Origin: a bacterium
GTDB taxonomy: Bacteria; JADJOY01
Direction of reading: 5' to 3'
Length of the DNA: 64,000 bases
Assembly (NCBI GenBank): GCA_046331705.1
Contig: JAXLQJ010000001.1
Location: 310,001-374,000, forward strand
Within the stretch, counting starts at the first letter, position 1; every line of letters begins with the position of its first letter. The translations under genes were made by a program, and so were the position numbers. Below are positions 49,972-58,217 of this stretch, one piece after another. The notes below the pieces were generated by a model that saw only the letters and a program-made list of their open reading frames with translations, was not told the DNA's origin and did no database searches.

Positions 49972-52092
49972 TCAGGACAAGTAGCGCTTGTGGTTCTCGA
50001 GCAGGTGCGCGGCGTTTCGCACCGCGAGCGCCTGGATCGTCTCGGCGGGATTCACGCCGATGGGCGACGGGAAGAGGCTCGCGTCGCTGACCACCAAGCG
50101 CTCGAAGCCGTAGACGTGGCCGTAGCTGTTGCACACGGCACGCGCGGGATCGGCGCCCATGCGCGCGGTGCCCATCAGGTGCACCGTCACGATCTCCATG
50201 TGGCTCTTGGGCACGTGCGTCGAGAGCAACTTCTTGGCGTCGTCCGCCGTGAGCAGGTCCGTGGCGCCGGCGAACGGCAGGATCACGCGCTTCGCCCCCG
50301 CCGCGAACAAGAGCTCGGAAAGCAGCGCGACCCCGCGCTTCACCTGCGCCGCGTCGGCGTCGTTCAGCTGGTAGAACGCGTACGGCTGCCCGCCCGGACC
50401 GAGCCGCACCCGTCCCACGGTGGTGTCCTCGACGAGGATCCCGGCCGTGACGATCTTGGCGTAGTCCTTCATCGCCTCGCCGAGCTCGCGCCCGAAGCTC
50501 GGCATGGTCATCGCCACCACGTTGGGCGGCACGTTCACGGCCGCCATCAGGAATCCCTGCTCCTGGAACTCGCGCACCTGGTACGCCTGGTGGACGCCTT
50601 CCCAGCCCCGCACGTCCTCGTCGAAGACCGCGAAGACCTTGCCGTTGGGATGCAGGCTCAGGTTCCCGCCGAGCAGGCCGGAAGCCGACTTGAAGCCCGA
50701 GCGCATGAGCAACGCCGGTGTTTGCATCGCGCCCGCGGACGAGACCACCAGTCGCGCGTGAACGCGGAACGTGCGGCCGAGTGAGCCGTTGGAGCTCACC
50801 ACGCGCGCCTCGACGCCCATCGCCGTCTGGCCGCGGTGCAGGATCTTGGTGACGCGGACGTTGGCGTAGACGCGCGCGCCGAAGTGGAGCGCGCGCGGGA
50901 TCCAGCTCACCAGCGCGGATTGCTTGGCGCCGGTCGGGCAGCCGAACGCGCAGTTGTTCGAGCCCGCGCAGTGGTTCTGATTGCGGGTGTTGTGGATCCA
51001 CTTCCATCCCTGGCGCTCGGCGCCCAGCCGCAGGAGCTGGTTGTCGCGGCCGACGGTCTCCGGGTCCTGGGTCGCGACGTGGATGCGCTTCTCCACGCGC
51101 TCGTAGAAGTACGACATCTCGATGGGGCCGATCTGATCGAGGCGGTCCTCGTTCTGCCATTTGGCGAGGATCGGCTCGGGCGTGCGCCACGCCATGCCGC
51201 CGTTCACCACCGTCGACCCACCCACGGTGCGGCCTTCCTGGAAGAAGACCGGCGGCGTGCCGAGCGCCGCCGAGGCGCCGCCATCGCGATACATCATGCG
51301 GATCATGGCGGTGGCGTTGGAGGTGAAATCCTCGGTGCGATGGTAGCCGCCCTCCTCGAGGACGATGACGTCGAGGCCGGCTTCGGCGAGCTCGGCGGCC
51401 ATGGGCGCTCCGCCCGCGCCCGAGCCCACGATCACCACGTCGCACGCGAGATCCCCGTCGCCGACCAGATCGTCGCGGGTAAAGACCCCTTCCGGCCGCG
51501 AGCCGCGCGCGGCGCTGGCCTGCGAGCGCGCACCCCCCTCGATCGGGCGGGAGGCGCGACGACCCGGGCTCGCCCACGGCGGCGGCGTGATCCCCGCCAG
51601 CGGCTCGGGCTGGGTGTGGGTCGCGTCGTGGCGGCGCACGTCGTCGCCGTGCAGCTCCATGCGACGCTTCGTGACCAGCTCGATCCACGGATCGGGCGTG
51701 TAGCCGAGCTCGGCCTTCACGTCGTCGAGCTCGTAGTAGCTCAGCGCCGCGAGCTGCCGGATGCCCTTGGCGAACTCGCGAAAGAGCGCGAAGTGGCTGT
51801 TCCACCAGCTGCGGTAGTAGCGCTCGGCGCGAATCGGATCGAGCTGGGTGGCGTTCCAGCCGCCGTTGCCGGGCCACACCACCGAGGTCCACTCGAACGC
51901 CAGCAATCCGGCGCGAAGCCCCAGCCGCACCGGCACCGGCAGCGCGCGCATCGAGATCTCCATGTGATCGATGGTCGCCTGCATGCGATGACGAGTCACG
52001 ATCTCGGGCGGAAGGACGATCGGCAGGATGCGCTCGAGGAGCGCGCGGGTGGAGGGCGAGAGGCGAAAGTCGGCGAGCGTGGCGTCGGTCAT
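49972..52092 (-). CDS. GMC-family FAD oxidoreductase with N-terminal helical extension (long-chain alcohol oxidase-like)
   Basis: IVGSGAGG, GRTVGGSTVVNGG, C..C..GCPTGAKQS, HLMGTARMG, GVNP. Confidence 0.9.
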   Translation of the reverse strand: MTDATLADFRLSPSTRALLERILPIVLPPEIVTRHRMQATIDHMEISMRALPVPVRLGLRAGLLAFEWTSVVWPGNGGWNATQLDPIRAERYYRSWWNSHFALFREFAKGIRQLAALSYYELDDVKAELGYTPDPWIELVTKRRMELHGDDVRRHDATHTQPEPLAGITPPPWASPGRRASRPIEGGARSQASAARGSRPEGVFTRDDLVGDGDLACDVVIVGSGAGGAPMAAELAEAGLDVIVLEEGGYHRTEDFTSNATAMIRMMYRDGGASAALGTPPVFFQEGRTVGGSTVVNGGMAWRTPEPILAKWQNEDRLDQIGPIEMSYFYERVEKRIHVATQDPETVGRDNQLLRLGAERQGWKWIHNTRNQNHCAGSNNCAFGCPTGAKQSALVSWIPRALHFGARVYANVRVTKILHRGQTAMGVEARVVSSNGSLGRTFRVHARLVVSSAGAMQTPALLMRSGFKSASGLLGGNLSLHPNGKVFAVFDEDVRGWEGVHQAYQVREFQEQGFLMAAVNVPPNVVAMTMPSFGRELGEAMKDYAKIVTAGILVEDTTVGRVRLGPGGQPYAFYQLNDADAAQVKRGVALLSELLFAAGAKRVILPFAGATDLLTADDAKKLLSTHVPKSHMEIVTVHLMGTARMGADPARAVCNSYGHVYGFERLVVSDASLFPSPIGVNPAETIQALAVRNAAHLLENHKRYLS

Positions 52093-52159
52093 CGGAAAAC
52101 CCCGTGAGTTGGCGTGGTCGGTCGGCACTCCACGTGCGGGCGGCGCGCCGGCTCGGCGA

Positions 52160-52984
52160 TCAGCCCGGCCGCAGCTTCGTCATCAGTCGTTGGTCGTGTC
52201 GCTCCAGGTATCGGCGCAGGACTCGCGTCGCGTTGCGCGGCTGCCGCCGCTCCAGCGCCACGAGCATGGCCTCGTGCGATTCGAGATAGTCCGCGGGCGG
52301 CGCGGCGTCGCCGGTGAAGACCCGCGCCAGGTCGATGTAGACGCTCGCCAGCCGATTGAGCAGCCACACCGCCGGCAGAAAGCCCGCGGCTTCCACCAGC
52401 GCGCGCATGATGCCGAGGTCCGCCTCCACGAACGCGAGCGGATCGTCCTTGAGCCGCCAGGCGCGCGCGAGCTGGTCGCGGGCAGCGGCGGTGCCGCCCT
52501 GGGGCAGCCGCTTCGCGACCAGGCCCACGCTCTCGAGCAACAGGCTGCGGCGCAACGAGAGCAGGTCCTCGACCAAGTGCTCGAGCGAGGTGTCCGTGCC
52601 CGCCATCCATCCGCCGTGGCGCAGGTAGGCGGGCAACACCTCGATCGACCAGTCGCGCCGATCGCACACCACGACCCCCGAGCCGCGGCGCGCGTCCACC
52701 AGGTTCCAGGCCGCGAGCCGCCGCAGCGCCTCGCGCAGCGTGGGGCGGCTGGTGCCGAGCCGCTTCGCCAGGTCGCGCTCGGCGGGCAGGCGAGCGCCCG
52801 CGACGAAGGTGCCGCGGACGATGTCGGCGAGCAGCGTCTCGAACACGGACTCGCTGGAGGAGGCCGCCTTGGCGCTGGCGCGCGGGCGGGTGGATCGCCC
52901 GCGACCCGTCCGCGCCGTGGCCGAGGAACGCCGCGCGACGGCGGACGGCGCGGCGGCGGCGCGGCTCAGGGCAACGGTCGACAT
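52160..52984 (-). CDS. GntR-family transcriptional regulator, FadR subfamily
   Basis: RLPAERDLA..LGTSRPTLREAL and RRGSG, followed by an all-helical C-terminal domain. Confidence 0.92.
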   Translation of the reverse strand: MSTVALSRAAAAPSAVARRSSATARTGRGRSTRPRASAKAASSSESVFETLLADIVRGTFVAGARLPAERDLAKRLGTSRPTLREALRRLAAWNLVDARRGSGVVVCDRRDWSIEVLPAYLRHGGWMAGTDTSLEHLVEDLLSLRRSLLLESVGLVAKRLPQGGTAAARDQLARAWRLKDDPLAFVEADLGIMRALVEAAGFLPAVWLLNRLASVYIDLARVFTGDAAPPADYLESHEAMLVALERRQPRNATRVLRRYLERHDQRLMTKLRPG

Positions 52985-52988
52985 GAAA

Positions 52989-53016
52989 AGTGGCCTGACC
53001 AATTGGTCAGACCACT
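52989..53016. promoter_or_regulatory. Double FadR-type operator (28-bp near-perfect palindrome)
   Basis: AGTGGCCTGACCAATTGGTCAGACCACT contains two TGGycnGACCA boxes, 5-32 bp upstream of the regulator ATG. Confidence 0.85.
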
Positions 53017-53085
53017 ATGCCGTGGCGGCGCGCGCTCGGCAACCCCCGCGCTCGGGTGCGGCCGAGGCGCGTCCGGGCGCGTCGC

Positions 53086-54693
53086 TCAGCCGCCGGCCCA
53101 GCGCGCGCGGGCGAAGGAGTCGAAGCTGCCGCGGGGATCCAGCTCGAAGCCCTCGAGTCGCTTCGACATCACCGCGATGTGCTCCTCGTGCCACAGGAAG
53201 ACGTAGGGAAGCTCGTCGGCGACCAGCCGCTGGATCTCGGCGTAGAGCGGCTTGCGCGCCGCGGGATCCAGCAGCGTGTGCGCGCGCTCGCTCAGCTCGT
53301 CGACGCGCGCGTCGTGGAAGCGGCCGCGATTCGCGCCCGCGGGCGGCACGTTCGCCGAGTGGAAGACGGTCCAGAACATGTCGGGCTCGGTCACGCCCAC
53401 CCATTGCAGGGTGAACGTCTGGAAGTTCCCGCGCTTGATGTCGTCGAAGAACGTCCCCCACTCGCTCGACTGGATCGTCAGGCCGACGCCCACGGCGGCG
53501 AGCTGGCTCTGCAGCACCTCGGCGATCCGCCGGCGGAGCTTGTCCTCGCTGGTCTTGTGCACGAGCGTGAAACGCAGCGCCGGCCCGTCGCCGTCGGCGT
53601 CCGGCTTGCCGGCCTCGTCGAGCAGCCGCTTCGCCGCGGCGGGATCGTAGGGCTGGCGCGCGACATCGCCGGCGTACGCCCAGCTCGACGGCGGCAGCAG
53701 CCCCGTGGCCGGCAGCGCGTGGCCGCCCAACAAGCTGCGGATGATGCCGTCGCGGTCGATCGCCTGGGCGATGGCGCGACGCACGCGCACGTCGCTCAGC
53801 AGCGGATCCGTGAGGTTGAAGCCCAGATAGGTGGTGTTGGCGCTGGCGGTGCGAACGATCGCGAGCGCGGGATCGCCCTCGAGGTCCGCGATGCGGTCGG
53901 GCGCGACACCGTTGAGCAGGAACTGGACGCTGCCCTTGCGCAGCTCGAGGGCGCGGGTGGCTTCGTCGGTGAGGATCTTGAGCTCGATGCGCTCGATCGC
54001 CGGCGCGGCGCCGCGGAAATGCGGGTTCGCCTCCACCACCACCCGATCGCCAGCGGCGAACGACCTCACCTGATACGGCCCCGTGCAGGTGGCGCCACGA
54101 GCGTACTTCTGCGTGTGATCGGCGACCTTCGCGGCGGGAAGGATGCCCACCGAGAGCGCGGTCAGGAGCGGCGCGTACGGCTCGTCGAGACGGATGGCGA
54201 CGGTCGCCGGATCGGGAGTGTCGATCGAGCGGATGCGCGCCAGCGCGGCGCGATGCGGCGAGGCGAATGCAGGGTCCAGGACCGCCTCGAGCGTCGCCTT
54301 CACGTCGGCGGCGGAAAGCGGCGAGCCATCGGAGAAGGTCACGCCGCTCGCCAGATGGAAGACGTAGTTGCGATCCTCGGTCACGTCCCACGACGCGGCG
54401 AGCGCCGGGCGCGGCGAACCGTCGCCAGCGAGACGCACGAGCCCCTCGCACACCAGGTCCAGAATGCGCGAGCTGGCGGCATCGGTGGCGAGGCGCGGAT
54501 CGAGATTCGTGGGATCGGAGTCGAGGCCGATCACCAGCGTGCTCGGCGCACCCGCGCCCTTCGCGGGAGGACTGCCGCGGTTGCACGCGCTCGCGACGAC
54601 CAGCGACCCGCACGCGAGCGCGATCCCCAGGCGGCGGGATCGCAGGCCTCGCAGCCGTGCGCCGAGAGCCCGCCAAGCGGCCCGCGGGCTCAT
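53086..54693 (-). CDS. ABC transporter substrate-binding lipoprotein, family 5 (peptide/nickel type)
   Basis: Lipobox VASAC; DPTNLDP, PALAASW, FSDGSPL.AADV, TGPY, DVRVRRAIAQAIDR. Confidence 0.92.
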   Translation of the reverse strand: MSPRAAWRALGARLRGLRSRRLGIALACGSLVVASACNRGSPPAKGAGAPSTLVIGLDSDPTNLDPRLATDAASSRILDLVCEGLVRLAGDGSPRPALAASWDVTEDRNYVFHLASGVTFSDGSPLSAADVKATLEAVLDPAFASPHRAALARIRSIDTPDPATVAIRLDEPYAPLLTALSVGILPAAKVADHTQKYARGATCTGPYQVRSFAAGDRVVVEANPHFRGAAPAIERIELKILTDEATRALELRKGSVQFLLNGVAPDRIADLEGDPALAIVRTASANTTYLGFNLTDPLLSDVRVRRAIAQAIDRDGIIRSLLGGHALPATGLLPPSSWAYAGDVARQPYDPAAAKRLLDEAGKPDADGDGPALRFTLVHKTSEDKLRRRIAEVLQSQLAAVGVGLTIQSSEWGTFFDDIKRGNFQTFTLQWVGVTEPDMFWTVFHSANVPPAGANRGRFHDARVDELSERAHTLLDPAARKPLYAEIQRLVADELPYVFLWHEEHIAVMSKRLEGFELDPRGSFDSFARARWAGG

Positions 54694-55457
54694 CTCGCCG
54701 GCTTCTTCGCCTGCAGCTCGGCGACCATCGCGGCGCGCTTGGCGGTGGCGATCGGACCGAACCAATGCCGCACGAACATCGCCCGCGACTCCTGGGCGCG
54801 CTCGCGGATCCGGGCGAGGTGGTCGTCGCGCAGGTCGAGCTTGGTGCGCGCGTAGGCACCCGCGGGCAGCTCGGCCAGCTCGCGCGCCTTGGCTTTCGCC
54901 ACCTTGAGCAGCTCGCCGCCGTCGACCACGCGCTGCACCACTCCCAGCTTGAGCGCCTGGTAGGGCGAGAGCCGCTGGCCTTCGAGGATGCACGTGTTCC
55001 AGTGCTCGCGCGGGATCGCGTGGCGCGCGCACTCCAGGGCGCCCACCGGGAACGCGATGCCGAGCGGCACCTCGGTGAGGCCGATCGCGAACTCGCCCGC
55101 GGCCATCACCCGCCAATCGGCGGCGCAGGCGAGAACGCACCCGCCCGCGATCGCGTGGCCGTTCACCGCGGCGACGACCGGCTTCTCGAAGGCGAAGAGC
55201 CGCGCGAAGAGCCCGTCGAAGGCCTCGACGAACGCCGCGCCGCCCTGCTCGTCGAAGCCGTGCGCCTCCACCAGATCGAGCCCGGCGCCGAACGCGCGCC
55301 CGTGACCGGTCAGCACCAGCGCGCGCACCTCCGGTCCCGCGACCTGATCGAGCGCCTGGTTCATCGCCGTGATGAACGCGTGGTTGATGGCGTTGCCCTT
55401 GGGACACGCCAGCGTCATCACCGCCACCGCCCCGTCCTTCGCGATCTCGATCGGCAT
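54690..55457 (-). CDS. Enoyl-CoA hydratase/isomerase (crotonase) family protein
   Basis: FGAGLDL, KPVVAAVNGHAIAGG, GLTEVPLG; SD GAGGAGG. Confidence 0.93.
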   Translation of the reverse strand: MPIEIAKDGAVAVMTLACPKGNAINHAFITAMNQALDQVAGPEVRALVLTGHGRAFGAGLDLVEAHGFDEQGGAAFVEAFDGLFARLFAFEKPVVAAVNGHAIAGGCVLACAADWRVMAAGEFAIGLTEVPLGIAFPVGALECARHAIPREHWNTCILEGQRLSPYQALKLGVVQRVVDGGELLKVAKAKARELAELPAGAYARTKLDLRDDHLARIRERAQESRAMFVRHWFGPIATAKRAAMVAELQAKKPAR

Positions 55458-55496
55458 CCTCGATCCTCCTCTTGCGTGTCGCGCGTCCCGCCGCGG

Positions 55497-55524
55497 TTGA
55501 GCGAGCGGGCAAGCTTGGTATGAT
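55497..55524 (+). promoter_or_regulatory. Putative sigma70 promoter for the PilZ-HEAT gene (near-leaderless)
   Basis: TTGAGC-16 bp-TATGAT with TG extension; ATG 8 nt downstream. Confidence 0.55.
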
Positions 55525-55532
55525 GATTCGCG

Positions 55533-57158
55533 ATGGTTCAATTGCAATCCGCCGAGCGGCGCCGCTTCCCGCGCGCGCCCGTGACCACGCCGGTCGAGTT
55601 CCAGAGCGAGCTCGGGCTCGAGACGGCGGTGGCGAGCGACCTGGGAGCCGGCGGGATGCGCGTGTCCACGCGCACCGCGCTCACGCTCGGCAGCGACGTG
55701 TGGATCAAGTTCAAGCCGCCCGCGACGCTGCGGCCCATGTTCTTCCAAGCGCGCGTGGTGCGGCTCGGCCCGGACACCCAGAACCCGGGCGAGCACGAGG
55801 GATTCGCGGTCGGTTTCGTCGACCCGACCGGCTCGGCCACGGACGAGCTCGACCGGCTGGTGCGGCGCTACCTGACCGCGAACGGCCTCGACGCGACGGT
55901 CCCGCCAGCGGCGCCGACGCCGAGCGCCGAGGCCGAAACGGACGGCCCCAAGTCCGTGGCGATCCGCTATCGCACCGAGCGTGAGTTCATCGACGCGTAC
56001 GTGCAGCAGCTCTGCGACGCACGGATCGAGCTTCGCGCCAGCCAGGCCTGGCCGGTCGGCACCCGCGTCGAGGTGGAGATCGAGCTTCCGAACTACTACG
56101 AGATCCTGCGCCTCGACACCGTGATCGAGAGCTCGTTGGGAGCCGTGACGGCGGGGCCGCGCAGCGGTGCCCCGAGCGATTTCCTGCACCGCGCGCGCGT
56201 TCTCGAGCCGACCTCCGAGGCCATGCGCTTCGTGCACGGCTTCGCGAGCGTCTTTCTGAGCGCCCGCCCCGGACCGCGCACGCAGGCGGAGCCCGAAGCC
56301 CACGCGGACGCGGCGTCCCTCGCGATGCCCGAGCCTGCGCGTGCCGCCGAGCCTGCGACACCCGCCCCGGAGCCGCTGAACGCCGCGCTGGCCGCGGCCG
56401 TTGCCGAGCCTCGGCCGACCGAGGGCGAGGGCACCGCCGATCTCACCGCGCTCATCGCCGAGGCGCTCTCGGCGCTCGACGCGCACGCGGTGGACGAATG
56501 GAAGGCGCCGCCGCGCGAGCCCGCGGTCGCCGCCGCGCCTGCCGCGGAGTCCCCCGCGAACCGCGAGACCAAGCGCATCGAGAACATCGCGGACCTGGTC
56601 GCACGGAGCCTTCACGGTGCTTCCGCGGAACGGCCGCGGCCCTCGCCGCAAACCGAGCGCGAGCTCGGGGCGCGTTCCCCTGCTTCGCCGAGCGCCGTGC
56701 GCGCCGCCGAGGCGCGGCTGCGCGTGAGCGGCAAGAGCGCCTCCGAATGGGCCGGGCTGCTCGGCGACGACGATCCCGATCAGCGCGCCGCGGCCGCCTC
56801 GGCACTCGGCAAGCTGGGCTCCACGGCGGCGTTCGCCGTGAACGCGCTCGCCGCTGCCCTGAACGACGTGGACCCGCGCGTGCGTCGCGCCGCGGCTTGG
56901 GCGCTCGGCGACATCGGTCACGGCGCGAGCGAGGCCGTGCCTGCGCTCACCGATCGCCTCGCCGATGCCGACGCACGCGTCCGCTGGCGCGCGGTGCGTG
57001 CGCTGCGTGCGATCGGCCCCGCCGCGTCGCTCGCGGTGCCGGAGCTCAGTCGCGCGCTCACCGACGAGGACGACCGCGTGCGCCAATGGGCCGAGACCGC
57101 GCTCCACGACCTGGCCAGCATCGGCGCCGACGCTTCGCTTTCGCCCAGCTCGGTGTAG
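55533..57158 (+). CDS. PilZ-domain protein (one canonical, one degenerate PilZ-like domain) with C-terminal HEAT repeats
   Basis: RRFPR...DLGAGG; second domain IRYRTEREFIDAY; Pro/Ala linker; repeats of L.D.D.RVR..AA.ALG.IG. Confidence 0.85.
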   Translation: MVQLQSAERRRFPRAPVTTPVEFQSELGLETAVASDLGAGGMRVSTRTALTLGSDVWIKFKPPATLRPMFFQARVVRLGPDTQNPGEHEGFAVGFVDPTGSATDELDRLVRRYLTANGLDATVPPAAPTPSAEAETDGPKSVAIRYRTEREFIDAYVQQLCDARIELRASQAWPVGTRVEVEIELPNYYEILRLDTVIESSLGAVTAGPRSGAPSDFLHRARVLEPTSEAMRFVHGFASVFLSARPGPRTQAEPEAHADAASLAMPEPARAAEPATPAPEPLNAALAAAVAEPRPTEGEGTADLTALIAEALSALDAHAVDEWKAPPREPAVAAAPAAESPANRETKRIENIADLVARSLHGASAERPRPSPQTERELGARSPASPSAVRAAEARLRVSGKSASEWAGLLGDDDPDQRAAAASALGKLGSTAAFAVNALAAALNDVDPRVRRAAAWALGDIGHGASEAVPALTDRLADADARVRWRAVRALRAIGPAASLAVPELSRALTDEDDRVRQWAETALHDLASIGADASLSPSSV

Positions 57159-57182
57159 GATCGCCGGCAGGCGACCCTTGCG

Positions 57183-58217
57183 ATGAATCGGCCCAGCGCG
57201 CGCGAACGGCTTTGGCAGCGGTTCTCGTTGGCCGGTGATCGTGCGCTCGATCGCGGTGAGATCGACGACGCCGAGCGGTTCTATCTGGCCGCCCTGGGCG
57301 CCTCCGAGGAGACGCCGGCGCTGGCGCGTTACGTCACCAGCAGCCTCTACAACGTCGCCTACCTCTACAAGAGCCAGCAGCGCTGGCACGAGGCCGAGCC
57401 CTTCGCGCGCCGCGCGCTGGAGACCAAGCAGCACGAGCTCGGCGCCGAGCACCCGGACGTGGCCGTCGACCTGAACAACCTCGCGGTGCTCTTCATCCGC
57501 CAGGGCAAGTACCAGGATGCGGAGCCGCTCTATCAGCGATCGCTGGACATCTTGCGGGCGCAGCTCGGGCCCGAGCACCCGCACGTCGCCACGACCCTCT
57601 CCAACCTGGCCGCGCTCTACAAGGTCGAGCGCCGCTTCCTGGAGGCCGAGGAGCACTACAAGAACGCGATCGCGATCCAGGAGCGGACACTCGGCACCGA
57701 GAACGCCGAGGTCGCGCGCTCGCTCTACAACCTCGCCGGGCTCTATCGCACCGCGCGGCGCTACGCCGACGCGGAGCGCGCCTACGTCCGCTCGCTCGAG
57801 ATCCAGGAGAAGGTCGTCGGTCGCGACCACCCCGACATCGCGAGCGACCTCGCGAACCTCGCTCGGCTGCTCTACCTGCAAGGCAAGATCGACCAAGCCG
57901 AGCCGCTCTACCGCCGCGCGCTGCGCATCCGCCTCAAGGTGCTGGGCGCCGAGCATCCCGACGTCGCCACCTGCCTCAACAACCTGGGCCTGCTGTCGCT
58001 GCTGCGCGGCAAGTATCGCCAGGCCGATCTGCACTTCCGCCGCTCGCTCAAGATCCTGGAGAAGGCCCTCGGGCCGGCCCATTCGAGTGTGGCGCTCACC
58101 CTCGAGAACTACGCCGCGCTGCTGCGCAAGACCGGACGCGAGGCCGAAGCCAACGCCGTGGAAGCGCGCGCCCGCGAGATCGAAGCGGCGCTCCCGCCCG
58201 AAGACGTGATGCCCTGA
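57183..58217 (+). CDS. Tetratricopeptide repeat protein (kinesin-light-chain-type 42-aa repeats)
   Basis: Repeats of LG.EHPDVA..LNNLA.LY..QGKY.EAEPLY.RAL. Confidence 0.93.
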   Translation: MNRPSARERLWQRFSLAGDRALDRGEIDDAERFYLAALGASEETPALARYVTSSLYNVAYLYKSQQRWHEAEPFARRALETKQHELGAEHPDVAVDLNNLAVLFIRQGKYQDAEPLYQRSLDILRAQLGPEHPHVATTLSNLAALYKVERRFLEAEEHYKNAIAIQERTLGTENAEVARSLYNLAGLYRTARRYADAERAYVRSLEIQEKVVGRDHPDIASDLANLARLLYLQGKIDQAEPLYRRALRIRLKVLGAEHPDVATCLNNLGLLSLLRGKYRQADLHFRRSLKILEKALGPAHSSVALTLENYAALLRKTGREAEANAVEARAREIEAALPPEDVMP

